Origin: Phallusia mammillata
Taxonomy: Eukaryota
Assembly (NCBI GenBank): GCA_965637545.1
Contig: OZ281497.1
Location: 15,128,001 to 15,192,000, forward strand
Length of the DNA stretch: 64,000 nucleotides
Direction: 5' to 3'
Shown in pieces: positions 37,001-49,851 of the stretch. Under the pieces are notes generated by a model, which saw only the letters and a list, made by a program, of their open reading frames with translations, did not search any database and had not been told where the DNA came from. The position numbers and the translations under genes were made by a program. Each line of letters opens with the position of its first letter. Position 1 is the stretch's first letter.

Positions 37001-40000
37001 CAGTACAATAGTTTGCCTTTGAAAACGAACTTATTTTGTGGTTCGAAAGGGATTATTTTTCTTTGTAGAACGTGGAGTTTCGAAGATGTCTGCTACAAAC
37101 ATAGTTTGGCTACAACAGAAGAAGGCAGCATTTTCGCAACCGTGAGTAAACGTGTACATGTCCAGAAAATTTGTTTGTCGTGAAAGAGCTAATGATAGTT
37201 CACACCGGCGCGAAACCCTTATGAAAGGCCAAATAAAGGTTTTGTTGGAGTACTATGCTATTCAAATCGATAAGACCCATTTGACCTCCTATTTCAGTAC
37301 CGTTAACGGTCTGGTGACCACACTAACTCATAAATGTTACTGAGTATCGAAGCGGCATTTTAAGGTTAAAACTTCTATGCGTTTGCAAATTTTGGAAAGT
37401 ACTGCTTTTGCTAAGGATGTTGTTTTTTGTTGGTAGATATTGGACAAACTTCTGCCATGCTTGATCATTGGTCCACTGGACTGCTTTTGGGAAGGTTCAA
37501 AGATTTTGGGCCCAAAAGTACCGCTTAAGACCATTGAGTGAGTTTCAAATAGTCTGATCATTTTGACTGCATGTGCGGCATTTTATCCCATTGTGCACAC
37601 ATTGTAACAACGACTTTCCTAAATTGTATGGAACACACCTTTTTCGTCAACCGCCTCTTGCTAACACATTGTATGACTGAAACGAATCTTTTTTCAACCC
37701 ATCATCCAAATCTTATTTTTTAGTGGAATTCCCGACATTACATGGAAAACGCTAAATCCACTGGAATTTGTGGACTTGATGATCGATACCACAGGCGGCT
37801 TATCCAGTTTCACCAAAGAGCTGCGCTCTTACCGGGATCTCATGGTCCAGGTACAATATTCGAGCAACTTGTGCGGTTTTGTGTCGACAGGTTACTGGCA
37901 GGTCCAAGTGCTGATGCTTGAAACGACGGCCGTGATGTCGCTTTGCCTTCGCATCTCAGCTTGCTTACACACCAAGGTTCAACGAACACTGACTGTTATG
38001 TGTTTCATACAGGGTGGAATCACAACTGGATATGTGGATCGATGGTGTCTGGACCCTAATGACCCAGAATGCCCTGAAACAGCTCCAAACTTCCATTCAA
38101 AAGAGGTGTGCAGATGTTGCAATGTGTGTTATGTTGCGTACGTTTTCCGTTGTATCAACTAAGTTGCATTTACAGCCTCCTAATGTCGTGGAAATTTTAA
38201 ACAAAAGCTGTACGGGATTCGCGACTAAACTCATGCGCTGGCCGTTGGATCTTATTGTCGGCGGTATCGAAAGAAATGCATCAGGTCATCTTACCAGGTA
38301 AGCACCTCAACCGTTGGCGACCAAGAATCGCATTCGCTCGAGCGTGTTCAAGCATTTGGCGCTAAGGTAAACATACGGTACTGTCTGTTGGGCGTGCAGG
38401 GAGCTCTATTTTCCTACGAAAACCTGTCAGGTGGCAGGCAGTTTCTTGAATGCTTTCCAAAGACATGCTCAGGTTTGCTAAGGCGTGGACAACACCAAAT
38501 GTGCATCATCCACCTTTCGGATCGGATTTAAATTTTCCTGCGAGTTGTCTTGTCACTTGTCATGTTATAATCACCTCTGTGTCTTCGTCAGTGTGTAATT
38601 TCACGCTGGTGGTAAGATAAGACGGCGATGCTTATTAGTTGATGGATTGCGATAATTGATCATTCTGCAGTACAACGTTAGTGTCGAAAAATCCGAGATT
38701 CGTGCACTTGTAGCTCCTCGAAACTAGCAACAAACAACGTTGCATGCTGGTGTTAAGTGGCACCGACGAAATATTTTATTGCTAAATATAATACGATTTT
38801 TTATCGCACCAAAAACTAGTTTCAGACCAAATTTAGCTTGATCGTTTGAATTATTTCCAAGTTCTTTTTCGTTGTGCAAAAACGGCTATGGAAGACTGAA
38901 AACCCATTTCTCCTTTCAAACCTCGCTTTTATGCCTAAAACTGGTGCGTGACAAGCGTGATAAATATGAAACAAGTGCATCAAACCAAACTTGTTCTCGT
39001 TAGGAAAAAAATTAACATACAGTTCTAAATTTAAAACTTAACCAACGTTTTGCTCTTTTTTTAGTGCACAAGGTCTTCAAACTCTGTTTAATTTAATGGG
39101 AATTGGAAATATGTTTCAATTTCACGATAACAGCTTCAAAACTCGGGATATCGACTGGACAAAGGAAACCGCAAAAAACGTCCTTTACACTTGGCAGAGG
39201 AAGTATGTCAAGGTAAGTGAATTTTTCATCTGCTTGATTAATTCAATCCAACCATACTGAGTACCCTTGCATTTTTGCCAGAAAATTTATGAACTTCAAC
39301 AGCCGGAAAACGCAACTGACGAGCAAACGCTGAATGCTTTTAGCATCGCCACTGCTGAGGACATACTCGCAAAGTTCTCCAATATACCCCTGATACGAGT
39401 GTTGGGAGGCTACCTACTCATGGTAAGTGCCCCAGTTATACAACATGTTGATTGTAGTCAGTTTTTATCGCAGATTCGTATTTAAAAGTATCCTGACGAA
39501 GCGACAACTATCGCCCGACTTGAACCATTCAATTGTTAGCAACAATAAATATTGAAAAACTGTTTTTAGGGAAGCACAGAATTTTGAAAAACGGAATGAC
39601 CTAGTATTTTTGCTTGGAATGTCATGAGAAAGTTGATTTGCACATGGAGTTAAAATTTGACATAAATCTTCATTCTAGTACGTCGTTGCGGATCGCGTTT
39701 GATCCTTGCAGCGATACGCGTCGTTACGCCGCATCAAACGCGTGTTGAATTTCTTCATGTCGATTGCAGATGGGATACGCCTGTCTCTCGCTCATGAGAA
39801 CCCGAGCCTCCAGGTCGCAGGGTGCTGTGGGACTGATAGGAGTTGTTCTCGTTACCCTCTCCGTTGCTGCTGGTCTTGGTATTTGTACGGTCATTGGAAT
39901 CAGTTTTAACGCGGCCTCAACACAGGTTAGGAAAACCTTGCCAATCTACCGTTTTTTGTACCACAGAGTACTTACTCAAGTTTGTTACAGGTCTTACCTT

Positions 40001-43000
40001 TCCTAATGCTGGGATTGGGCGTTGACGACATGTTTCTTATGGCTCACCATTTCGGCGAGATCGCCGTGCTCTCTTACATACCCTTTCAGGTAAGCACGCA
40101 GTAAAATTGCCGTCGTTGGAACAGTAATTCTTACGTCGCTGTCGCGCCAGTCTGCGGGAAGAAAATGCGATGCTTTTTATGAGCTCATCGATCAAAATAA
40201 TAATGGCAATTATTGGAAATCCTTACTGAGGAAGATCTTTCGCATAAAACCCTAATAAGCGGCAATGGCTTTAATGAGACGAATTTAAGCATCCAGTGGG
40301 CGCCGATTTCCATTTTGTACATTTAATAGTTGTACATTTTTTCAGGAACGTGTTGGAGAATGCCTGAAGCGGGTGGGAGTGAGCGTCGTTCTCACGTCTA
40401 TTGCTATTTTGTCGGGGTTCCTCTTCTCATTGATCATTCCCATGCCCGCTCTGCGCGCCTTTGGGTATCAGGTAATGCAACATTCATAAATTGTGCCAGA
40501 ACTTTGTGGTAGTCGCGTCAAACGCGTAGCACCTGGCATTGCAATATCGCGGTTGCTTTGGCACTAGGCGTGACATGGGCTCTTGACACGTAACACGTCT
40601 TCCAATGCCCCATACCCTTTTGCAAGACAGCGGTCGTTCTCATGACGCCGACTAATCCCAAACAAAAATATAGGGGCCACGCTCCAATTGATTTATATCT
40701 GTGCACAAGGTTCGGTGGCAATCTGTCAGCCGACAAGGAACCGTGAGCGTAGGGTGGTCTTGGACGAGGTGCGAAAGGTTAAGGTTAATACCAGTGATGA
40801 CAGCTCACCCGGCAAAGCAAACAGCGGTGTAAGCTTACAAAAACGCTCACAATCACCGAGACTCGCTAAAGTGTTTTTGACCATCAATGACAAGAAACTG
40901 CTCGGTGAAGTTTTGCTCTATGAAGACAGAGCAATAAAATAGTAGAAATAACGTCCGATGTATCCGGATCATCAGTGACTCATTGTTGTTACGAACAACC
41001 ATTGGGAGATCAAGGACTCAAACCTGAGCAAAAATCAACACGGACCCCATGATCCGCTTATACCTTCTCAGTTTCCATACCCTTTCTCATGCCGAATTGC
41101 AGTCTGCCTGTTCTGCATCGGGCAATCAACAACGTTCTGTCAGTTTTTCCCGGGACCACCCTCCTTGTTGAGCAAAAGCCGCCTCGTGTTTGATGATTTA
41201 CCCTGACGAGCTCGCCATAACTTCTAAGTCGCCAGCGTCAATTGACTCACTTTAACCTTGAAGCACTGGCTCCAACGTTTCAAAACATCTGCAAATGTCA
41301 TGGGTTAAAAACACAAGCCGCTTGCACGAAGCCACCAACGAATACAGAAAGGCGGTATTCGGTGCTGAGGATTCATTTTGGTGATTCTCGCTGAGATGGT
41401 TTACGGATATTAGAAATCCGTTTGTACAGGCGAGATTCCTGCATGATAAGCAAAGCATCTTTGAACTAGGATTGTGTTCTACTTGTACTTACATCGTATT
41501 TAGCACGTACATGTCAGTCTTCGCTATCCGGAGAGAAAAAAACGCTCAACTGACATATACTTCAATAACCGGACTTGTCCCGCAATTCCTCGCGTACGCA
41601 ATAAAAGGCGAAGATCCAGATAAAAACATCAGCCTATTTCCCGGGCGGGCTTGAATTGAACGATGACAGACATTCGCAAAAATAGCGATCGTGTATAGTA
41701 ATCGCAGCATCAGATTTGCCTTTCGGCGTCCTGTGTGGCCTTATTGTTATCGTCGAAGCCAGGGCTTGGACTTTGCAAGTCTTGTACGCATTTCCTGTAG
41801 CTTTGCAACAGGGCAAAATCGACCGCAGGGTTGCATTTTTAGCAGTTCGCACCCACAACGAAAATCCATATCTATTAGTGTTCTGTACCTGTCACCCGGC
41901 CGACACGATATGGATTTGGTGTAACTAAAATTGATGTAGTACACTGTCAACGACAGAAATTTCGTCGAAGACGGTCCTCAGTTTTTTATAATTTTGGGTT
42001 TTGTACGATGTGTTTTCGTTTATGTTTTACAGGCGTCGATCGTAACTATCTTCAATCTCGTCTCAGTCCTGGTAATATTTCCTTCAATTCTCAGCTTGGA
42101 TCTGAATCGAAGGAAAAACAACAGACTCGACATTCTGTTTTGTTTTGAAAGGTCAGTTATTAGTTTCGAATCATATCAAAAATGATTTGTATAGTAAAAT
42201 CACCGATGTAGAATAAATATTTGGATAAGACTACCTAAATACCTATCACAAAATTGACGTATATATTATGACGATTCGTGCAGTTCGACGACAAACGAAG
42301 TAATAGATTTAAGTGAAGAAAATAATCAACAGCGTGCAGTAAATAACCACGGATGCAACCAATGTCATCGTCACAACGGACCTTTACCTGTTGACAACAA
42401 CCACTGTGGCACCACGATCACAATGCATCATACAATACAGGTGTGGTTTATAAACGTCTTGTTGCATAAAATTTGTCGTTGCGAAACCACTTTGAATCTA
42501 AGTGAACATTTGTGGCTATTCAGATAGCGCACACTCGAATAGCTGGCTAAACCACAAAATGTAGCACTTAACAACTTTTATAATAATTCCTAATTGTTTG
42601 TGTGGTTAGGCGTACTCCAACGAGTCGTATGTGACTGTCCTTGGTCCTGCCGCTGCCGGAGCGACTTTTCACGATGCAAGCGGACCAGGTCGACGACCAG
42701 GAGATATGGATCCCACATATGATTTAACCCGTACACGTAGCCCGCCTCCTCAATACACACCAAAAGACCAGTCCCCGCCACAAAGACCGAAAGTGGCGTT
42801 TATGGATTCCAACGGTGGCCCACCCACAGCTGAAAGAACTTACGACCGGGTATGTATTAACATAATTACATGCGAACCTACAACCTATGTATGTTGTTTA
42901 AACCGTGGTTAAATTGTTTTTAGCCGATAAGATCTACTATCACCCCTGCATCGAGCGTAAGGACCCTGAGAACAAACGGAAGTAATCCACCGACTAACCT

Positions 43001-46000
43001 TACCACTCCAATGGAAAGTGTTCGAAGCTCAACACACAGCCTCGTTCCCAAACGAAGACGATCGTCGTCGTTTCTTTGTTGTCCAAGGAACAGCAAGCGA
43101 TGTGGGTCTCTCTACGCCAAACTTGCTGTTCTTCCTAGTTTGACGCTAAATCAGCTTGGTGAACGATATTATGCACCGTTCCTGATGAGAAAACCCTCAA
43201 GGGTATGCTGTTGTTCTTTCTTGTTGTGGAATAGCACTGTAACAAGTTTTTGGTCAAAAACCTTAGTGCAGGTTTTGCTTATGCGAGGCAAGTTTGCCTT
43301 ACAACCTACCAGACGTTTGTTGATAATGCTTTATGCCCACACAAGTTACTACGGTACTAAAACACAAGTGTGTGTATACTTGTGTGTGGGAACTTATCCA
43401 ATAATTACCGCATTTTGGCAGCCGTACTTGCACATTATGCCCTCGAATTGCGCACCATTTGCATGTAATCATCACACTAATGTCAGTACCACCGCTTCTC
43501 GTTTATAGATCTTCGTGCTGGCACTCTTCGGCGCATTGCTCGGAGCTTCCATATACGGCTGTACACAAGTGAAGGACGGGCTAGATCTTGGCGATGTTCT
43601 ACCGCGTGGGACTCGAGAACATCAGGCGATCGTGGCCCAGACAACCTACTTTTCTTTCTATCCTATGTACATCATCACTAAAGGTACAAATGTGAACAGT
43701 TTTGCTTTTCGTCGCGGAGTAATTTGAAAGTATCCAATGCTTAGTCACGGCGCGATTTTGGCGAAAAACGTGAAAAGCCAATAGGGATTTTAAATACGTA
43801 AATGGCAAAACTCCCCTCGTTTCGCGTGCAAATAAACAAATGTCAAAACGTCAAATGCGATTTAGATTTCACGAATTCGCAATGAATGCTAAAACTATTT
43901 CCGTTGCGACAAAAGCTTTTAGGTCAGTGAAAAAGTCAAGAATTTCAACGTTAAATGTTTTTCGTTTTTAGAATTCGACTATGCCAGACAACAGCGCAAT
44001 ATGTACCGTATTCACGAGCAAGTTGGAAATATCAGTTACGTCATGAAACAACCGGATGGAACAGTTATGAAGTTCTGGCTTCACTATTTCCGAGAGTATT
44101 TGGAAGGTAAGAACACTAAACATGTGCAAAAACAATTTGGTTGATATAACTGCCAACTTGTGAACAAAGATTACAAAAAAGTGTTGTCTTCAAGGTCTAC
44201 AGGCAAGTTTTGATGCCGATTGGCAAGTGGGCAAGGTGAACGCTTCTACATGGTCTTCCGACGTAAGCGACAAAACTATTCTGGCCTTTAAGCTGTTGGT
44301 TCAAACCGGTCGTGTTGAAGATCCGACTGATACAGCTCGAATTGGATGCACTCCGATTGGCTCGAAATGTTCACGGGTAAGTTAACCATAGTAATGTAGG
44401 GCATGGGTACATTTTTTACCTGTTTATTCTATGCACGCTGAACTGGATTGTTTAAGCATAATATACCCAGATTATTTACAACATCGCCGTCAAAATCGCC
44501 ATGTTAAGTCCAACAAAGTAAAAATACCAGAGTTTACGTTGCGTGAGCACAATTGCGAAATGGCACGATAATGCCTCGTAATAGCGCCCCACCAAATTAG
44601 TTGGTGCTCCCACAACGTTTTTGATCAACCGAATTCCTAAAGTAATGTGTATTCAACCCACCACAAACAAATACATTAAGGTTGGGTTACATACGATTAT
44701 ACCTTTGTAGCCGAACCGCGTACGGTTGGTTTCGGACGACGGCATCATCAACGAGGATGCGTTTTACAACTACTTGTCAGTTTGGTTTACCGATGATCCT
44801 CTGGCATATGCCGCCGCTCAAGCGTCGATATATCCAACTCCCAAAACATTTCAAAGCTCCCGCTACGACCTAAACATGATCATTCCGCCTTCTTCTGGCC
44901 TTACATATTCGCAAATACCTTTTTATCTGAACGGTAGGTTGGCGTACGTTGCATGTAATGTAAATCTTGCCATAAAATGATAATGTTGGATAATAATTTG
45001 CGATACAACGTTGGTTGTATGAATATTCAAAATATTTTGTCAATTATTACAGGGATGCGTGAAAACGAAGACTTTGTTAACGTGATTCGTAGCGTGCGAC
45101 ACATTTGCGAAACGATGGCTGCCAATACTGAATTGGACACATACCCAAGTGGCTACCCTTTCACATTTTGGCAGCAGTACATTGACTTGCGCTTCTGGCT
45201 CTTCGTATCCCTCGGTGCCGTTATCGGAGCTGTGTTTCTTGTTCTGTCATTGGTTCTCTTTAACCCTTGGGCGGCCGGCATAATGGTAAGTTCATGACAA
45301 TTCTGTTTCAAATTTCACAGCCATCCGCATAATTTAGGGCTACGTTTTTGTTTTTTTACGAAACAATTGATTCAAAGCGCATGTAAAGTTTTACAACTTT
45401 CGTCCCCAGGACATTATGATGTTAAACTGAAGATTAGTTTATATTGTTGGGCCTGTGTGTGATTGACCCTCAACGGGTTGTAAAAACACACTCAGAACAA
45501 ATTGACGTATTTGTTATTTTGGCAGTCACACTTATTTACACGCTAACTTCGAAGAAGTTTAATTAGACCACCATTTTGTATTTCTTCGTCCGGTCGTGCG
45601 TAAACTGCACGAGCCCACCTGCGCCGTTGGTGTTTACGAGACAAGGCGAAAAATGTTAATGCTCGCGCACGCTACCCGTCCACAGCGGAATGTAATTAAA
45701 CGCATTTGAGCGTTAAATCTGTGGGAGAAACAGTTCAGCTCGTGGCCAGTGTGTTTGAACTCCGCTTTAACACGGATCTCTTTTCCCACCTGTTAATCCA
45801 TGGCTTCTGTGAATGCCGTGAAACTATTTTTTCGGCAACAGTTTTTCTATTTTGGAAAAAAATTGTTGGTTTTTCATGCATTTTCTGTAGACTGTTATGG
45901 TACTGATTAACCTCGGCAAACCAAATAAGCACTTTGTGCATTGCGTAATGAAGCAAAATTACAATATTACATTTTTGTGATTTTAGGCCCTGTTCTTAGC

Positions 46001-47903
46001 AATGATAGCCGCAGAGTTGCTCGGGTTTATGGGTTGGGCTGGTGTTAAACTGAGCGCTGTCCCGGCTGTCATACTTGTGGCTGCTATCGGCCTGGGTGTG
46101 GAGTTCACAGTGCACATTACCTTCGCCTACATTACATCATGTGGCACCAGGTTAGTTGAAATTTTAGAACTTTGCTTTGATTGTGTAAGTGACCAAAATG
46201 TGACGACGATTTGTTTTTATCAGGGAAGAAAGAGTGGCTCGCAGTATTGGTCACATGCTTGGCCCTGTTGTCGATGGTTCCATTTCGACCCTTCTGGGTG
46301 TGGTTATGTTGGCTGGCTCCGAATTCGACTTTATTATTACGTAAGAATATAAAAATAAAAACACTCGTGTAACATGAACATATTTAACATGCACCCACGT
46401 TCTATTTGTTAACGAATGCAGACACTGTATCACGATTCCTAAAATATTTACCTTGGTTTTTAGATACTTCTTCCAAGTTCTCGCTTTCCTTATTTTGTTG
46501 GGAGTCCTAAACGGCCTCATCCTTCTACCAGTCGTATTGTCGCTGATTGGTCCGCCAGCTGAAATAATCCCAGTTGGAGGCGGAGCTCGGCTCAAAACCC
46601 CAACACCACCCCCTTCGCCACCCGGGGAACTGGCTTGCAACTGCCGGCAGTGCTCGTGTCAGCAGAACCATAGCGCCAACACCAACCACAACAACAATAA
46701 TCGTTGCCAATGCATGCGGTAAGTTGGCACCGGCAGTTCTGTCAGAAACCAAATATGGCATGTTTAGTTGTATAACAAATCGCAAATAAAATATGTGGTC
46801 GGTTAAATTAGTATAGGTAATTTTTTTTCAATTACTTTCATGAAAGTGTCTTTGTTTGGCACCTTCTTATTATTGAGATCGCTAAAAGAGTTGATTCAGG
46901 GTCAAACCTATGAATTCTTCAGTAACGGTTCCTGCATTCTTATGGCAGGTGCTCTCAACATCGCGGTAGGGGTGGTAGATATGGCCAACCAACGTCACGC
47001 GATGACTTGCAAGTACACAGGCGATACCAAACACGCCACGATGCTCACGTTTACAGTCAACCTGCGACCGAAAATTACGCCGGCAGATGGCGCTACCCGG
47101 ACGCGCACTACGACAGTAGAGTGGACAATGCACGATTCGTGCGCACGGACGATGTACCAGGGAGGTCGCAGCAATATCACCCTCACTCCATACCTCCTAT
47201 AAATGAGGAGGAAACAAGTCAGGTTTATATGCGCCCGGATTACGTAATGTATTCAAACGGGAGGAAGCCACCACATACACAAGATATTCACTGTGAGGTA
47301 AAATATTGTTAGTTGTTTTGACACGTTGTGTAATATATCGGTTTGTCTTGTAATTATTTAGTTACTTTATATAATAATTTTTCGTTGTTCATTGTTGGGA
47401 ATCGTGTTTCAAATGATATTTGTATTTCTAGAATTTACAAACTCGATCGGATTTTCACCCGATTCCACCTGCTGCAGAAGTACCGCGAAATAACGGGCCA
47501 AATGTCCGGCAACGTGGAGCTGGCGACCGTCGGCAACATATCGCCACACTAAGCTCATCTTTAACTGTCAACCTACACACTTCAGGAAGGCCGGTAAGAG
47601 GAACCTTGTGGCTAAACCCTTAGTAGTCGATAAGTCGATCGTCAAATATTTCTGCAGATTTTTTTGTAAGGGTGCGGTGCGCCCACCTTGAATCACATAA
47701 CATTAACATAAATTTATTTTCAGAAGGTGGTGTCATTCGTTGAACCTGGAGGACCTCCGCCGGACGTAATTCACCCTAACTACGTATGGCAGAAAGCCAA
47801 TTACGATGACACGCCCGCACCTCTTGAACACGGAAGAATGCCTAATCGCCACTTCGACATATCGGCGTTAAACGGCGTAAGCGGGAACATTGGGGGCACC
47901 TAA
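28074..47903 (+). CDS. PTCH: Patched (Hedgehog receptor), ~1886 aa, 28 exons
   Basis: Exons 28074-29192, 32283-32475, 36751-36943, 37069-37141, 37437-37537, 37724-37850, 38013-38105, 38176-38297, 39065-39212, 39282-39422, 39770-39925, 39991-40089, 40346-40471, 42033-42151, 42284-42440, 42610-42849, 42924-43202, 43509-43683, 43972-44106, 44195-44376, 44711-44933, 45053-45285, 45987-46150, 46224-46340, 46464-46718, 46949-47297, 47432-47593 and 47724-47903, all GT-AG and in phase (5661 nt). Motifs [45 protein letters not shown] with [35 protein letters not shown] and GPPAE. The C-terminal exons (26-28) have less homology support. Confidence 0.97.
33776..33784 (-). promoter_or_regulatory. Consensus Gli-binding site in Patched intron 2
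   Basis: TGGGTGGTC on the plus strand, the reverse complement of GACCACCCA. Confidence 0.55.
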
Positions 47904-48814
47904 AACAGTGGAAAGGCTGTAATCTTGACTTTATTCGTAATTCTATTTCTTGCACAGTCGACGTTTTATTTATAAAACACACCAGTAACCATCGTTATCA
48001 TATACAACATGCAATGCGCGATCCACTTGAATATGAACGCTCTTTAGTGCCACAAAGTATTAGGAGGCTTCGATACGCGGTCGAAACATGAATTTTTAAT
48101 GCAGCATTTGAGCGCTCCAAGGTATAAATCTGATCTTCAACATGCTGCTATGTCGAAGCAGCGTTGCAAATTTGTACAAGGTGTATTTGGTGTTTGTATA
48201 CCCATGCTAAACAGCAACGGAGCTTTGCAACATAGTTTTAAGCTGCCTGTATTTTATTTTTTGGCTATTTTGTTAAGTTTCGGTCTTGATTGAAGTTCCC
48301 TAAAGTTGAACTATGGCACAAATCATTTTTAACACAATCATCCAGCTTTAATGATAAATCGACAACGTGTTGATGAGAAAAGCAATCATAACGGTCACTG
48401 CCACAACCATGCAATCGTCGAAACATGCTTTAATCAAGTCACAAAAATCATTCATTGCAATGCCTTTTCGCAAATTCTGTTGTTTTTTCTACGCTTGCGC
48501 AAGCTCCCAAGCCCTCTATTCCCAAAGCTGTACAATAGTCGTTATGTTTTTACGCGCTTTCCCACTCGACAACTTACAGACCGCTGCTAAGCGCTTGTCG
48601 CGTTTTTATTTTATTTATTAATCCCCGTGTGGTATTTGCGTCCAACCTGTCTTTGATGCGTCGTTCTTCACGTTACAATGGCCACGGATCGAAATGCGAG
48701 CGCCGTGCGTTTTGTTATCTATACTTTTTCATTCATTTGAAATATAATGTCGTTGTGTACGAGCCAAATATACCTCATTACATCCACAAAACGCTGTGTG
48801 CAGCAACGACAAAT

Positions 48815-48834
48815 TAAGTAAGTAAGTAAGTAAG
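48815..48834. repeat. (TAAG)5 microsatellite
   Basis: TAAGTAAGTAAGTAAGTAAG read directly, downstream of the Patched stop. Confidence 0.9.
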
Positions 48835-49851
48835 TTTTGGTGTAAATTTCGAATGATTTAGCTGAAGTGATAACGTAGTTCAAAGACCTAAAAGTCCCAA
48901 TGTGGAGCCAGCAAGACAAGATGGTCCCAATGCAGGCTGTCTTTTGTTGACAACCTACTTAAATTCAAACGACAAAGAAAATAAAGTATAGACAGCATCA
49001 TCTCACTTCCAGCCATTCAACATCGTTTGTGCTGGGCTTTTGCCTTTTAGAAAGATAAGCTATAGACAAACATCCTTTGATCAAAGGTGCACACTAAATC
49101 CCAAGATAGTACGCTGATATGGGTGCTTCAAGCAGATGATTGGATGACATTTAGCAGTTTGCACACGAAACGAAATTTCTAATAACTGCAGTATCTGGGA
49201 AAAAACGTCGCGTTGTCACTCGTGCAGTGTGAATGACGAGCCGCTTCCTCTGCTTAACGACATGCAGGCGAGGGCTCTGCTCAAAACAGGCACGCACCAT
49301 ATGCTGTAGTAATATCGTCTAAACAGCTAAGTTTTGCGCTCGTAGAACTAGCAGGAAACGCTGTTGCAATGCATCCATTTAGACTCTTTGAGAGTTGAAC
49401 TGTACTGTTGGTACGAGTATAGTAGCATATAGACTAGTATTTTTTGTGTTTCGGTGCAAATTTAAAAAAAAACATAGCCGAAATATTAGTGTTCAAATGA
49501 TGCTTTTAAGTAACTTATAGCAATAGAAAGGCTTTTCCATTGCTCGATTTCTGAAAGCCTATTTACACAATACGAAACTTTAAACGAATTGTTGAAATCC
49601 CCCGTTTAATTTGTGATAATCTTCTTTGATGGCAGCTTACGGATTCAATAGGCTCGGTAGTGGGTATTAACAGTCACGCGCCGAATTCGCAGATCAATTG
49701 CCATCGAATGCATTCAATGTAAAAGGTTTGATTATTGAATTTTGCGAGTTGAGGTTATGCTGTGGTGAGGCTTGCACACAGACATCGGTACACGCTGTTG
49801 ACTAACCGCTACACTACCAGTCACGGATAGAATCACATTTAGTTTTCCAAG

